The notes under the pieces are model-generated. The model saw only the letters and a program-made list of their open reading frames with translations. It was not told the origin of the DNA and searched no databases. Below, in pieces: positions 1-10,932 of a stretch of 64,000 nucleotides of DNA; position 1 is the first letter of the stretch, and every line of letters begins with the position of its first letter. Source of the stretch: an uncultured cyanobacterium. Its GTDB lineage: Bacteria; Cyanobacteriota; Cyanobacteriia; CAKZMO01. Where the stretch lies: assembly GCA_963719515.1 (NCBI GenBank), contig CAVRCJ010000003.1, positions 32,001 through 96,000 on the forward strand, read 5' to 3'. The position numbers were made by a program, and so were the translations under genes.

Positions 1-677
1 TAGAAGGCTGTGGAAAGACAACGCAGCTGCAGCGGCTGCAGCAGTGGCTGACCCTTGATGCGTCGTCAATGGCATCAGAGGTGACGTCACCCGAGTTAAC
101 GTCACCCAATAGACGCATCGTGACCACCCGCGAACCCGGCGGAACAGCATTGGGGCAGTCGCTGCGTCAGCTGCTATTGACGCCAGAGGCAGCGGACGGA
201 CCGGAGATTCATCCGACTGCCGAGCTGCTGCTGTATGCTGCCGATCGCGCTCAGCACGTGATGACTCAGCTTAAACCGGAGCTAGAGGCGGGCGCAATTG
301 TTCTCTGCGATCGCTTCACCGATTCCACCGTGGCCTATCAAGGATTTGGTCGAGGGCTTGATCGCGCCACTATCGACCACCTCAACCAAATTGCGACAGT
401 GGGTCTGCAAAGCAATCTCACCCTATGGCTCGACTTGGACGTTGAGCAAAGCCTGAGCAGAACTCAGCAGCGCGGCCAGCGCGATCGCATTGAACGCAGC
501 AGCGCTGCTTTCCATCAAAGGGTTCGAGAGGGATTTACGGCCCTAGCGGCGGAATATCCAGCTCGCATTGTTCGCATTGACGCTAGCGGCAGCGAAGAGC
601 ACGTCGCCCGCAGCATAGAGCACGTCGTGCAGCAGCATCTAGACCGCTGGCAGGTCAAGCTTGCTGACTGTCTTTAG
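1..677 (+). CDS. tmk: Thymidylate kinase (5'-truncated by window)
   Basis: The frame from nt 3 reads EGCGKTTQ (P-loop), then TREPGGT, LLYAADRAQH and CDRFTDS..AYQG motifs. Confidence 0.95.
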   Translation, partial: EGCGKTTQLQRLQQWLTLDASSMASEVTSPELTSPNRRIVTTREPGGTALGQSLRQLLLTPEAADGPEIHPTAELLLYAADRAQHVMTQLKPELEAGAIVLCDRFTDSTVAYQGFGRGLDRATIDHLNQIATVGLQSNLTLWLDLDVEQSLSRTQQRGQRDRIERSSAAFHQRVREGFTALAAEYPARIVRIDASGSEEHVARSIEHVVQQHLDRWQVKLADCL

Positions 678-705
678 CCTAAAGCCTCTCAGTCTCTAAA
701 GCCCC

Positions 706-1713
706 ATGAATTTCTTCTCTAGCGTCATCGGACAACCCCAAGCGACAAGGCTGCTAACTCAGGCGCTCTCCCACAGCCGCATCGCGCCAGCCTATCTGTT
801 TGTAGGCCCCTCGGGGATTGGCAAGCGGCTCACGGCTCAGCAGTTTGCTCTAGCGCTGCTTACGGGGACTTCCAGCAGCCTCACTCCCCCAAATTCCATC
901 CCCGCCGATCCCTTAGGGCCAAGTCAACCGTTTCACCCTGACTTACTGTGGGTTGAGCCCACCTACCTCTACCAAGGGCAGCGGCTGACCGCCACCGAAG
1001 CTGAAGCGGCAGGACTCAAACGGCGATCGCCCCCTCAAATTCGCCTAGAGCAGGTGCGGGAGCTAACTCGATTTCTCAGCCGCCCCCCCCTGAAGGCGTC
1101 TCGTTCGGTGGTGGTGATCGATGGCGCAGAGACCATGGCCGAGGCCGCTGCCAATGCTCTACTTAAAACCCTGGAAGAACCTGGCAACGCCACGCTGCTG
1201 CTCGTATCCCATAGCGGCGATCGCCTGCTGCCCACTCTGGTTTCCCGCTGCCAGAGCATTCCGTTTCAACGGCTGAGCGCAGACGCCATGGCCGCTGTAT
1301 TTCAACAGGTCGGGGCAGACGAGCTGCTGAAATACCCAGATTTACTGGCTCTAGCCCAGGGCAGCCCGGGACAAGCGATCGCGGCACTGCGCCAGTGGAA
1401 TGATCTGCCAGCGTCCTTGAGGGAAGTGATGGCGCAGCAGCCTCAAGACGTGAGACAGGCGATGACGCTAGCCCGAGATATTGCAGCGCTAGACGTAGAA
1501 GCCCAGCTGTGGGCAATCGATTATTTGCAGCATCAGTACTATGACTATGGTGCTCAGGGCCATAGCGCCGGAGCTAATTTCAGCCGCAGCTGGGCCCACA
1601 ACCGCCGTCGGCTGCAGATCCTAGAGCAGGCCCGTCAGCAGCTGCAGCGTTATGTGCAGCCTCGCCTCGTATGGGAAGTGGCGCTGATGTCTCTGGCGGG
1701 AGTACTGCCGTAG
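706..1713 (+). CDS. holB: DNA polymerase III delta' subunit
   Basis: AYLFVGPSGIGK, HPDL, AANALLKTLEEP and LPTLVSRCQ motifs; canonical tmk-holB order. Confidence 0.93.
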   Translation: MNFFSSVIGQPQATRLLTQALSHSRIAPAYLFVGPSGIGKRLTAQQFALALLTGTSSSLTPPNSIPADPLGPSQPFHPDLLWVEPTYLYQGQRLTATEAEAAGLKRRSPPQIRLEQVRELTRFLSRPPLKASRSVVVIDGAETMAEAAANALLKTLEEPGNATLLLVSHSGDRLLPTLVSRCQSIPFQRLSADAMAAVFQQVGADELLKYPDLLALAQGSPGQAIAALRQWNDLPASLREVMAQQPQDVRQAMTLARDIAALDVEAQLWAIDYLQHQYYDYGAQGHSAGANFSRSWAHNRRRLQILEQARQQLQRYVQPRLVWEVALMSLAGVLP

Positions 1714-1872
1714 CGCAGCAGCCCTGTTGCCCAGCTGCAGCAAACCATATTGCATCGGTTCAGTTGCTTAGGACATCAGAATCGGCTGAAAGTCTGACGT
1801 TGTCTAGGCAACTGAACGCGCAAATGTCATGCATGAGGCCATTTGCTATAGATCCGCATCAACAGGCTCAGC

Positions 1873-3213
1873 CTAAAAGCGATACGACAGCGATATCTCC
1901 CAGCCGTCGCTCTGCTGCGTTATCCCAATTTGCTGAATAAATTCTCGAAAGTAAAACCGCCGCTCAGCTTCTGACAGATCGAGCCAAAACTGCGGGAGCG
2001 AGACCGTTTGGGCAATGGACAGCAGGCTAGAGGGGGGAAGCTGATCGAGCTGTTTTTGCAGCGTCGCCACTTCGGTTTGCAGCCCATAGGCCCGGAGGGC
2101 AGAAGTCTGCGCGTCTAAAACACCCTGAGCCTCAAGGGCCTCAAGCTGCCCTAGAACTCCTTGCTTAGCGTCTATTTGCTGAGTCAAATTGGCTTCGAGG
2201 GCGGTAAGCGGTGACGGACCCGCCTGATTGACACGGCGGGGAAGTTCGTCACAGATGCGGGCAATAGTTTTCTCCAAAACGTCAGCATAGGGCAATGAAG
2301 AACAGGGGAGGTCCGACGCCTTACCGCTGGGCTGACGGCGATAGGGGCAGTGGTTAGGCCTGACGTACAAATAAGTTTTTGCCGGTTGACGCCCTCGCTT
2401 ACGAGTGGTCTTGCCCACCGTCATGGGCAACTGGCAGCGATCGCAAACCACTAGCCCCGCAAGCGATCGCGGCGCGGTGCTGGTGCGGGGGGCGAACTGT
2501 CGGTTGCGGCGCAGCAGTCGGTCGATTTGAGCCGCCTCATCCCTTGAAAGAATCGGTTTGTGGGCGTTGGGGAGCACATCGCCGTTGTGGTAGGCCAGGT
2601 CCCCGCGATAGACCGGGCTAGAGAGCCAGCGCTTGCCGGTGGACACGGCAATGATTTTGTTGTGGGCTTCAGCCAGGTGACGCACGCTTTGTCGTAAAGA
2701 TCCGTAGAGCAGGAAATGATCGAAAAAAGCTCTGACTACCGCAGCGGCACTGCGGTCAAGGGTATAGCAATCGGGGCCGCGCCGATAGCCATAGGGAGCC
2801 TTACCGGGTGGCGGCCGTCCGTGAATGCGGGTCTTGGCGTGACCCTGTTGGATGCGCCGCTGTCGCTGCTGACGGTCAATCTTTTGAGCCAGCTGTAGGT
2901 CTACCCCATCTCCTGGCTGCACGGCGACGTCTTCAAGCGCGTGAACGACGATATCAAGGTGAGAGAACTCCGCTAGGCGATCGCCCACCTCTTGAAGTGA
3001 TTCGCCTAGGTCGGCCAGCCGCCGGACCCAAACAGCCTCGATCGCCTGCGGATTTTGGCGACAGTCTTGACGCAGCTGCTGTAGCTGGTGGCGCTGCCCC
3101 AAGTCCTGATAGATGCGATCGGCGCAGCGGAAACCGTTATCAACGTCGCTCTTGAAGGCACTGTCAGCACTTGCATCGGCACCATAAGGGCGGTAGTCGT
3201 AGGCAAAAATCAT
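1873..3213 (-). CDS. Large serine recombinase-family protein (degenerate resolvase-like N-terminus, recombinase domain, Zn-ribbon, coiled coil)
   Basis: GKAPYGY, W.L..PVYRG, LAGLVVCDRC and ERRFYFREFI motifs; no YxRxS catalytic motif at the N-terminus. Confidence 0.8.
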   Translation of the reverse strand: MIFAYDYRPYGADASADSAFKSDVDNGFRCADRIYQDLGQRHQLQQLRQDCRQNPQAIEAVWVRRLADLGESLQEVGDRLAEFSHLDIVVHALEDVAVQPGDGVDLQLAQKIDRQQRQRRIQQGHAKTRIHGRPPPGKAPYGYRRGPDCYTLDRSAAAVVRAFFDHFLLYGSLRQSVRHLAEAHNKIIAVSTGKRWLSSPVYRGDLAYHNGDVLPNAHKPILSRDEAAQIDRLLRRNRQFAPRTSTAPRSLAGLVVCDRCQLPMTVGKTTRKRGRQPAKTYLYVRPNHCPYRRQPSGKASDLPCSSLPYADVLEKTIARICDELPRRVNQAGPSPLTALEANLTQQIDAKQGVLGQLEALEAQGVLDAQTSALRAYGLQTEVATLQKQLDQLPPSSLLSIAQTVSLPQFWLDLSEAERRFYFREFIQQIGITQQSDGWEISLSYRF

Positions 3214-3219
3214 AGGGCT

Positions 3220-4044
3220 CTAGCTCGATATCAGTTCGCCCTTGAGGACCGTCACCGCCTGCCCCCGCAGCCCAACGCGATCGCCCCGGCAGTGGACCTG
3301 AATCTCTCCGCCCCGAGGGGAAGCCTGGTAGGCCAACAGAATATCTTTCCCAAGCCGAGATTGCCAAAACGGCCCTAGGGCGCAATGGGCCGAGCCCGTC
3401 ACAGGGTCTTCATCAATGCCGGATCCCGGCGCGAAGAAGCGCGAAACAAAGTCATAGCACGGTTCAGAGCCTTTCCTAGAAGAAACTTCGGCGCGGCTAG
3501 TAACGACTACCCCGCGCACAGGGAGCGATCGCAGCTGGGCAAAGTCGGGCTGCAGCTGCCGCACGGCTGTCTCGGACTCTAACGCCACCAGGTAATCAAA
3601 GCGACTTTTGCCGACAAAGCTGGCCGTGACCCCCAGCGCTTCTAGAAGCCCGTCAGGAGCATCCGCTTGGGAGATTGGCGTCGCGGGAAAATCAAGCTCT
3701 ATCAGTCCGTCAACTCGGCGGGCGGTCAGCAGACCGCTACGGGTATCAAACTCGGCGAGCTCTCCAGGCGACAGGTGTCCCTCGCTCCACAGCACATGGG
3801 CACTTGCCAAGGTAGCGTGGCCACACAGGTCCACCTCGGTGGTGGGCGTAAACCAGCGCAGGCTGAACTGCTGGCCCTGACGGTGAAGAAAAGCTGTCTC
3901 AGACAGATTCATTTCCTGAGCCACCTGCTGCATCCAGCTGTCGGGCTGCGGAGCAGTCAACAGGCACACAGCGGCGGGATTCCCGGCGAAGGGACGGGCG
4001 GTAAAGGCGTCAACTTGGCTAATGGCAATAGCGGGAGTGGGCAT
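3220..4044 (-). CDS. PhzF-family isomerase
   Basis: VDAFT..PF.GNPAAV, EMNLSETAF, EVDLCGHATLA and EDPVTGSAHC motifs; start could be 4044 or 4053. Confidence 0.93.
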   Translation of the reverse strand: MPTPAIAISQVDAFTARPFAGNPAAVCLLTAPQPDSWMQQVAQEMNLSETAFLHRQGQQFSLRWFTPTTEVDLCGHATLASAHVLWSEGHLSPGELAEFDTRSGLLTARRVDGLIELDFPATPISQADAPDGLLEALGVTASFVGKSRFDYLVALESETAVRQLQPDFAQLRSLPVRGVVVTSRAEVSSRKGSEPCYDFVSRFFAPGSGIDEDPVTGSAHCALGPFWQSRLGKDILLAYQASPRGGEIQVHCRGDRVGLRGQAVTVLKGELISS

Positions 4045-4075
4045 CGGGGTCAAACCGGAACAACTGCGATCGCCA

Positions 4076-4804
4076 TTATTGCAGACCAGGCAGGGTCGAC
4101 TGCAGCGGCGGAGACGCCAACGGGGGCAGCGATTCTAGAGGCGGGCCAGAGGCTAGCTTGTGGGCGTGGCGCGTCGTTTCAGGCAGGCGATAGCGCGTCG
4201 TGCAGCGCATCACATAGTTGATGGCGCTCTCCAAGCTGATGCGATGACCCGGAGAAATATAAAGAGGCTTGGTTCCCTGACGGGTGCGTAGCACAGCTCC
4301 GATAGTTTCTTCTCGGTGGACCAAAGGTGTCCAGGCTCCCTTCTCCTCTGGAACTTCGCCGTGGCTGCCCACCAGCCGAGATTTGGCCACGCCGATAGAT
4401 GGAATATTCGTCAGCAAACCTAGGTGGCACCCAATCCCCAATCGCCGCGGGTGGGCTAGCCCCTGACCATCGCACAGCAACAGATCTGGCAGCAGGGTGA
4501 GCTTATTGAGGGCATCTAGAACCGCCGGAATCTCACGAAAGGACAGCAGACCGGGGATGTAGGGAAACGTTGTGGGCCTGCGGGCGATCGCCCGATCTAC
4601 CACGGTCAGCGCGGGAAACGCCAGCACCGCCACCGCCGCCCGCGTGACGCTGCCGCCCTCCTCAAAGCCCACATCGACGCCTGCGACATAGGCAACCTTT
4701 TCTAGCTGGTCTACCAACACAACCTGGTCTTGCAGCTGGCGCTGCAGGGCGATCGCCGCTTCCCGAGTAGCGGGCCAAGAGCCCCTGTTGAAGTGATGCG
4801 CCAT
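4076..4804 (-). CDS. nfi: Endonuclease V
   Basis: [34 protein letters not shown] and SIGVAK motifs; ATG at 4804. Confidence 0.95.
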   Translation of the reverse strand: MAHHFNRGSWPATREAAIALQRQLQDQVVLVDQLEKVAYVAGVDVGFEEGGSVTRAAVAVLAFPALTVVDRAIARRPTTFPYIPGLLSFREIPAVLDALNKLTLLPDLLLCDGQGLAHPRRLGIGCHLGLLTNIPSIGVAKSRLVGSHGEVPEEKGAWTPLVHREETIGAVLRTRQGTKPLYISPGHRISLESAINYVMRCTTRYRLPETTRHAHKLASGPPLESLPPLASPPLQSTLPGLQ

Positions 4805-4845
4805 CCCCGACAGCTCGCTTGAAATAAAGGGTAGATAATACAGCA

Positions 4846-4872
4846 AAAGGCAGACCCATTGGGTCTGCCTTT
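4846..4872 (-). terminator. Intrinsic terminator-like hairpin downstream of ugd
   Basis: Perfect inverted repeat AAAGGCAGACCCA-t-TGGGTCTGCCTTT with a T-run on the minus strand. Confidence 0.7.
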
Positions 4873-4957
4873 CATCCTATCGCGTTTATTAGAGCAGCGT
4901 TTTGCGATCGCTAGAAATGGACCTTGGGCACCCTAAAGCGCCTTTGAAAAACCAGCG

Positions 4958-6340
4958 CTAGCGCCCCATGCCGACGTACTGGAAGCCAGCTTCTTTTAGA
5001 GCCTCTCGGTCCAAGAAGTTGCGACCGTCAATCATCACGGGAGCGTTCATCACCCCAGCAAGCTCTTTAAAGTTGATGTCCTTAAATTGCTTCCAGTCAG
5101 TGACAAGCACCAGAGCGTCGCAGCTGTCAGCAAGCAGCTTGATGTCGGTCTCAACGCTGACGTTAGAGAGGCCGTGGCGCATCCCCGTCTGTGAGACCAG
5201 CGGGTCATACGCCTTCACCTTGGCCCCCAACCGGGTCAGCTGGTCTACCAGCGTCAGCGCCGGAGCATCCCGCATGTCGTCGGTGTCAGGCTTGAAAGTC
5301 AGACCTAAAAGGCCCACGGTTTTACCCTTCAAAATTTTGAGCACCTGCTGCAGCTTCTCAACCACCAGCAGCCGCTGCCGCCCGTTGACGTCTACCGCTG
5401 CCTTGAGCAGTTGAGCATCATACCCATAGTCGTCGGCGGTGTGAATCAGAGCTGCCACATCCTTCGGGAAGCAGGAGCCGCCCCAGCCCAAGCCAGCCTG
5501 CAGGAACTTGTGGCCAATGCGGGAGTCAAGGCCAATCCCTTTGGCGACCTGGGTGACGTCAGCGCCGACGCGATCGCAGATGTTGGCCACTTCGTTGATG
5601 AAGCTGATTTTGGTTGCCAAGAAAGTATTGGCGGCGTACTTCACCATCTCAGCCGAGCTGAGGTCGGTGGTGACGACGGGCACTGTGGGTAGAGATTGAT
5701 CTTCAGCAAACTGGCGGGAAACGATGGGCGCATAGAGATTCTGCATCATTGCAATAGCGCGATCGCTGTTGCCCCCCAGCACGATTCTGTCGGGGTTAAA
5801 GGTGTCATAAACGGCGGACCCTTCCCGCAGGAACTCAGGGTTACTGACCACATCAAAATCAACTTCAGGAGCTGCAGGCTCACTACCGCCGCCGGCAGGC
5901 ACCAGCGCCTTCTGCCGTTCAGCAACGCCGTCCATCACAATCATGCGTACCCAGTCGCCAGACCCGATGGGAACCGTCGACTTGTTGACGATGACCTTGT
6001 ATTCTCCCTCGAGGTGAGAGCCGATTCCGCGCGCCACGGCCTCAACGTAGCGAGTGTCGCTCTCGCCCGTCGGCAGCGCGGGTGTTCCTACCGCAATAAA
6101 CAGAATCTCGCCGTGACCCACGCCAGCGCCCAAGTCAGTAGTGAACTGAATCTGACCGCTTTCGATTGCCTTTTGCATGAGCTCCGACAAACCGGGCTCG
6201 AAAATGGGCGATTGCCCAGACTGCATCAGTCGGACCTTCTCCTCGTTGTTGTCAACGCAAATCACGTCGTGACCAATTCGAGCGAGGCAGACGCCCGTAA
6301 CAAGACCAACATATCCAGTACCAATAACGCAGACGCGCAT
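4958..6340 (-). CDS. ugd: UDP-glucose 6-dehydrogenase
   Basis: MRVCVIGTGYVG, KSTVP, SNPEFLREG, GGSCFPKD and FKPDTDDMR motifs. Confidence 0.96.
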   Translation of the reverse strand: MRVCVIGTGYVGLVTGVCLARIGHDVICVDNNEEKVRLMQSGQSPIFEPGLSELMQKAIESGQIQFTTDLGAGVGHGEILFIAVGTPALPTGESDTRYVEAVARGIGSHLEGEYKVIVNKSTVPIGSGDWVRMIVMDGVAERQKALVPAGGGSEPAAPEVDFDVVSNPEFLREGSAVYDTFNPDRIVLGGNSDRAIAMMQNLYAPIVSRQFAEDQSLPTVPVVTTDLSSAEMVKYAANTFLATKISFINEVANICDRVGADVTQVAKGIGLDSRIGHKFLQAGLGWGGSCFPKDVAALIHTADDYGYDAQLLKAAVDVNGRQRLLVVEKLQQVLKILKGKTVGLLGLTFKPDTDDMRDAPALTLVDQLTRLGAKVKAYDPLVSQTGMRHGLSNVSVETDIKLLADSCDALVLVTDWKQFKDINFKELAGVMNAPVMIDGRNFLDREALKEAGFQYVGMGR

Positions 6341-6535
6341 GTATTGTGGCTCCTTAGAATTCCAATAGGTAGTAAAGGTAGAACAAACAGATAGACTAGA
6401 GTCATTTTGGGAAACAGAACTTCCCAATACAGTTAAGAGTCAGATGAGTCAAACTATAGAAGGCTTAGCCAGTCTCAGTAGCCAAGAACAACCAACCTGA
6501 AAGTCGAGTCTTGACTGTTGAGGCCGCTGCCCCAG

Positions 6536-7489
6536 CTAAATCGCTACTTCCTGTCGATTAGAGGCATCGATGCGATTGCGGAAATCGTCAATCGTATGCT
6601 CTAAGCCCTTCGCCAGAGGAATAGTAGGTGTCCAGTCCAAAAGCTCCTTCGCCCGCGTAATATCAGGTTGGCGGCGACGAGGGTCGTCTTGGGGGAGTGG
6701 CTTGTACTGAACCTCTGTATCTGGATTGACCATGCCTTGAATCGACTGAGCGAGTTCTAGAATGGTGTACTCGTCTGGATTCCCCAAATTTATGGGACCA
6801 ATGTGGTCATTGTTCATCAGCCGCATCAATCCCTCAACCAAGTCTGAGACGTAGCAGAAACTGCGCGTCTGCGAACCATCACCATAGACCGTCAGCGGCT
6901 GCCCTCTAAGCGCCTGGACAACAAAGTTGCTAACAACCCGGCCGTCATTCTCCAGCATACGCGGCCCGTAGGTGTTGAAGATCCGAGCAACGCGAATATC
7001 GACGTCGTTTTGGCGGTGATAGTCGAAGGCCAACGTTTCAGCAACGCGTTTCCCTTCGTCGTAACAGCTGCGAATGCCGATAGTGTTCACGTTGCCCCGA
7101 TAGTCTTCAGGCTGGGGATGGACCTCTGGGTCGCCGTACACTTCGGACGTTGAAGCTAGCAAGAAGCGAGCCTTGACCCGCTTGGCTAGCCCCAGCATAT
7201 GGAGCGTCCCTAGGACATTTGTCTTTATAGTCTTGACCGGATTGTACTGGTAATGGACTGGAGAGGCCGGACAGGCCAGGTGGTAAATCTGGTCTACCTC
7301 CAGGCGAATTGGCTCTGTGATGTCGTGGCGAATTAGCTCAAAATAGGGGTGGTCCAGCCACTTAACCACGTTGACTTTGCGCCCTGTGTAGAAATTGTCT
7401 AAACAAACAACTTCCTCTCCAGCTTCCATAAGCCGATCGATAAGGTGAGAGCCAATGAAGCCAGCACCTCCGGTTACCAAAATTCTCAT
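6536..7489 (-). CDS. UDP-glucuronate decarboxylase (UDP-xylose synthase-like SDR)
   Basis: [36 protein letters not shown] and [10 protein letters not shown] motifs. Confidence 0.93.
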   Translation of the reverse strand: MRILVTGGAGFIGSHLIDRLMEAGEEVVCLDNFYTGRKVNVVKWLDHPYFELIRHDITEPIRLEVDQIYHLACPASPVHYQYNPVKTIKTNVLGTLHMLGLAKRVKARFLLASTSEVYGDPEVHPQPEDYRGNVNTIGIRSCYDEGKRVAETLAFDYHRQNDVDIRVARIFNTYGPRMLENDGRVVSNFVVQALRGQPLTVYGDGSQTRSFCYVSDLVEGLMRLMNNDHIGPINLGNPDEYTILELAQSIQGMVNPDTEVQYKPLPQDDPRRRQPDITRAKELLDWTPTIPLAKGLEHTIDDFRNRIDASNRQEVAI

Positions 7490-8151
7490 AGATTCCGATT
7501 TCCTAAGATAACTTCAAATAGAGCAAGATTAAGGCTTGCGAAAGAACTTATATAATGGTATTCGATAAACTTCAAAGACGCCTTAAGCACGCCAAAGCCT
7601 CCGAGACTTTAGTAGGCGCTAACTCCATGGCCCTGTTGAGGCAAAGCCGATAGAGGTTCCGCGCCCCTGCTGGCCCTGTGCTTAAGCTTCAGACTGACCG
7701 CCGCAAATGTAGTTCCGGCTCTCCACGGTATGACAATGAGCTATGAGACCTTGAGCTGCTCGGCTAAAGTTACATCCACGTAAAAATGTTAAGGGACTGA
7801 CCCGAAGTATTGCGAACGTACTGCACAAGCTTTGCGAGATCTTTGAAGTTCCCGTAGCCTAGTCTAAGATTTGAAGAAGATTGTGCGGTAAGAGCACCTG
7901 AACTCGAACTTGAAGGGTACGTCCTATGGCAAGGGCGAGCCTCTTCTGTTGAGAGGCGCACTCTAGGCAAGGCCTAGGTGGAAATACCTTCAATGGTAGA
8001 TGCTCGATGGTCCTGAGTGCTGATAAAATACAATGGATGGATTCGGTCGGCCCTCTACAAAAGAAATCTAGAGGGTTTTGCATGTGCGGCCCCAATGGAT
8101 TCCCATTGGACACCGGCACGTGGTGCGTACCGATTAGAGTATGGAGAAAAT

Positions 8152-8553
8152 ATGCAGTTTGCAAAGTTATTTCAAAAGTTAGGACTTCTAGTTTCTGTCC
8201 TGTTAGTAGCGATCGCTACTGTCCTGGTCCCGGCATCTCCGGCTGCTGCAGAGACTTTCGAAGTTAAAATGGGCGCTGACTCGGGTCAGCTCAAGTTTGT
8301 TCCCAGCGAATTGGCCGTCAGCCCTGGCGACACGGTTAATTTCGTAATGAACAAGCTTGCCCCCCACAACGTCATCTTTGACAAGACGCCGTCCGGTATC
8401 AACGCAGATTCCCTGTCTGCCAAAAACCTGATGTTTGCACCTGGCGAGTCGGCAACAGTTGATTTCCCTGCGGATGCACCTACGGGCACCTATTCCTACT
8501 ACTGCACGCCTCACCGGGGTGCTGGGATGGCTGGGCAAATTACTGTTCAGTAG
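8152..8553 (+). CDS. petE: Plastocyanin precursor
   Basis: Signal peptide ending AAA; Cu ligands PHNV and [17 protein letters not shown] before the ATG at 8152. Confidence 0.96.
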   Translation: MQFAKLFQKLGLLVSVLLVAIATVLVPASPAAAETFEVKMGADSGQLKFVPSELAVSPGDTVNFVMNKLAPHNVIFDKTPSGINADSLSAKNLMFAPGESATVDFPADAPTGTYSYYCTPHRGAGMAGQITVQ

Positions 8554-8639
8554 GCCTGACCTTTGCGATGTGCCTTTAGATAACTGGCGCACTGAGTAGG
8601 GGGGCGGCACGCTGTTTCCCCACCGTAAACGTTAAACAG

Positions 8640-8675
8640 CTAGGGGGCGAGGATGATACCATCCTCGCCCCCTAG
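8640..8675. terminator. Bidirectional terminator-like hairpin between convergent petE and speA
   Basis: 16-bp perfect stem CTAGGGGGCGAGGATG-atac-CATCCTCGCCCCCTAG. Confidence 0.8.
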
Positions 8676-8712
8676 TTTCGTTCGTCTTGGCGGCGAGGCC
8701 AGCGCAGCTTTT

Positions 8713-10854
8713 CTATAGCTCTGAACCGGCGTTTAGATAGGTGTACCGGCTCAGGGACTGAGCATAGTTCTGCAACAGCTTGCGGGATTCCTGCAGCGTA
8801 ATGTCGCCGTTCTGTAGCGCCGTTTCAGACCGCAGACGAATTTTCTCCAGCAGATCTTCCGCACTGTATTGCACATAGCTCAACACGTCAGCGGTGGCGT
8901 CCCCTTTGACCAAGTGTGTTACTCCATAGCCGCTTGGCGTCAGGTTGACGTGGACCGTGTTGGTATCTCCGAATAGATTGTGCAAGCTTCCCATAATTTC
9001 CTGATACGCGCCGCCTAGAAACAGACTCAAGTAATAGGGCCGGTGCTTTAAGCCCCCTAACCCTGCTCGACCTGAGGGGTCCGAGCCAGCGACGGGTTCA
9101 AGGGGGTGCAGCTCTAGAACAGACTTAGCGTTGCGCCGCTCGATGAACCGCTCGATTCTGCCGTCGCTGTCGCAAGTCAAATCCGCTAAGATACCCCGGT
9201 GAGTTGGCTCTTCGTCAAGGCGGTGAATAGGCAAAATGGGGAAAAGCTGTTCAATGGCCCAGCTGTCGGGAGCCGACTGAAAGATAGACAGATTGATGTA
9301 ATAGATTGCGGCCATGGAGGCCTCTAAATTGGCTAGGTCATCAGGGACATCGTCCTGCTGTTGGGCAATGTGACGAACTTTATGACAGCAGGCCCAGTAC
9401 AGACGCTCCGCCATAGCTCGCTCAGCTAAGCTCAGGTATCCGAAGTTGAACAGGCTGAGCGCTTCTTGCTTAAACTGCACCGCATCGTGATAGGCCTCCT
9501 GATAGTTTTGCTCGCAGATGAGCCGGTAGGTTTCATGCAGGTTACGCAAAATCAAATGGGCACCCGCATCAGGGCCGACTGCGTCTTTAGGCTCAGGGGG
9601 CTGACTGACGCCAAGTACGTCGAAGACCAGCACCGACTGGTGGGAGGCGATCGCCCGTCCGCTTTCACTCACCAAGGTAGGTGGCGCAACCCCTGCCTCG
9701 TCGCAGGCCTCCTTGACCTCCGCCACGACGTCGTTGGCGTAGTTCTGCATCGTGTAGTTTTTGGAGGCGTGGAAATTGGTCTTAGAGCCGTCGTAATCTA
9801 CGGCGAGGCCACCCCCCACGTCGAGGTAGCCCATGGCAGCGCCAAGCTTGGCTAGCTCAACGTAAATTTGGCTGGCCTCCCGCAGAGCGTCCTTGATGAC
9901 GCTGATGGAGGAGATCTGCGAACCAATATGGAAGTGCAGCAGCTGGAGACAGTCCAGCATCCCGGCTTTTTCGAGCCGCTCTAGGGCCGTCAAAATATCG
10001 GGTACGGTAAGGCCGAACTTGGCGCGATCGCCCGTCGTGGCCTGCCAGCGCCCTTCTCCTGAGACGCTTAGCTTGGCGCGAATGCCCAGCACGGGAGAAA
10101 TTTGCAGCTGCTGACTCTCCTCAATGACAACATCTACCTCTTCCAGCTGCTCTATCACAATGATGGATTGATGCCCTAGCCGCCGCGCCAAGATAGCCGT
10201 CTCAATGTACTCTCTGTCTTTGTAGCCGTTGCAGAGCAGCAGCGCCCCCGGCGTATCCAGCATCGCTAGGGCAATCATCAGTTCAGGTTTCGACCCCGCC
10301 TCGAGCCCAAATTGGTACCCCTTGCCAAAGCGCACGATGTCCTGAACTAGGTGGCGCTGCTGGTTGCACTTGACGGGAAATACGCCTTGGTAGCGACCGC
10401 CATATCCATAGCGGGCGATCGCTTGGGCGAAGCAGGCATTCAGCCGCTCGATACGGTCTTCCAAAATGTCGGAAAATCGGATGAGTAGGGGGAGGTCTAG
10501 ATTACGCGCCTTGAGCGACTGTACCAGCTCGTAGAGGTCAAGGGTGCCGCCGCGATCGCCTCTTGGGGAAACCGTAATGTGGCCCGCCGCGTTGATAGAA
10601 AAGTAGGGGTCGCCCCAGTCCTGAATGCGATAGAGGCGCTCGCTATCCTCAATGGTCCAGCTCGCCCGACTAGCGACGGGACTAGCGGCGGCGCTGCGAT
10701 CGCTGGGCGCTGACCCGGCGATTCTAGAACTATCGGCTGTCCTGGAAAGATTTGAATGCTCCGAATCTGATAGGTTGTTGCCGACGTCCCATGACTTGTC
10801 CAAAGTAATTTCCTCACAGTCCTGCGCATTGATCGGCTGAGAATCAGGATCCAT
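8713..10854 (-). CDS. speA: Biosynthetic arginine decarboxylase
   Basis: FPVKCNQ, GLEAGSKPEL, HFHIGSQ, DVGGGL.VDYDG, SESGRA, TCDSDG and HNLFG motifs; start approximate. Confidence 0.96.
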   Translation of the reverse strand: MDPDSQPINAQDCEEITLDKSWDVGNNLSDSEHSNLSRTADSSRIAGSAPSDRSAAASPVASRASWTIEDSERLYRIQDWGDPYFSINAAGHITVSPRGDRGGTLDLYELVQSLKARNLDLPLLIRFSDILEDRIERLNACFAQAIARYGYGGRYQGVFPVKCNQQRHLVQDIVRFGKGYQFGLEAGSKPELMIALAMLDTPGALLLCNGYKDREYIETAILARRLGHQSIIVIEQLEEVDVVIEESQQLQISPVLGIRAKLSVSGEGRWQATTGDRAKFGLTVPDILTALERLEKAGMLDCLQLLHFHIGSQISSISVIKDALREASQIYVELAKLGAAMGYLDVGGGLAVDYDGSKTNFHASKNYTMQNYANDVVAEVKEACDEAGVAPPTLVSESGRAIASHQSVLVFDVLGVSQPPEPKDAVGPDAGAHLILRNLHETYRLICEQNYQEAYHDAVQFKQEALSLFNFGYLSLAERAMAERLYWACCHKVRHIAQQQDDVPDDLANLEASMAAIYYINLSIFQSAPDSWAIEQLFPILPIHRLDEEPTHRGILADLTCDSDGRIERFIERRNAKSVLELHPLEPVAGSDPSGRAGLGGLKHRPYYLSLFLGGAYQEIMGSLHNLFGDTNTVHVNLTPSGYGVTHLVKGDATADVLSYVQYSAEDLLEKIRLRSETALQNGDITLQESRKLLQNYAQSLSRYTYLNAGSEL

Positions 10855-10932
10855 CGAGAACAGCCTCACCCCTATCGCTCCGTCGCTCAGCCAGTCTATC
10901 TTAATTGTTGACGATACTCTAACTTCCTGCCG

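Noticed and set aside
5696..6394. Long antisense or alternate-frame ORFs (this one and many others in the track)
   Set aside because: They are shadows of well-supported genes in GC-rich DNA and have no recognisable motifs.
7575..7660. c-di-GMP-I riboswitch-like CAAAGCCTCCG
   Set aside because: The upstream GGCAAA/GAAA-tetraloop helix and the closing stem are missing.
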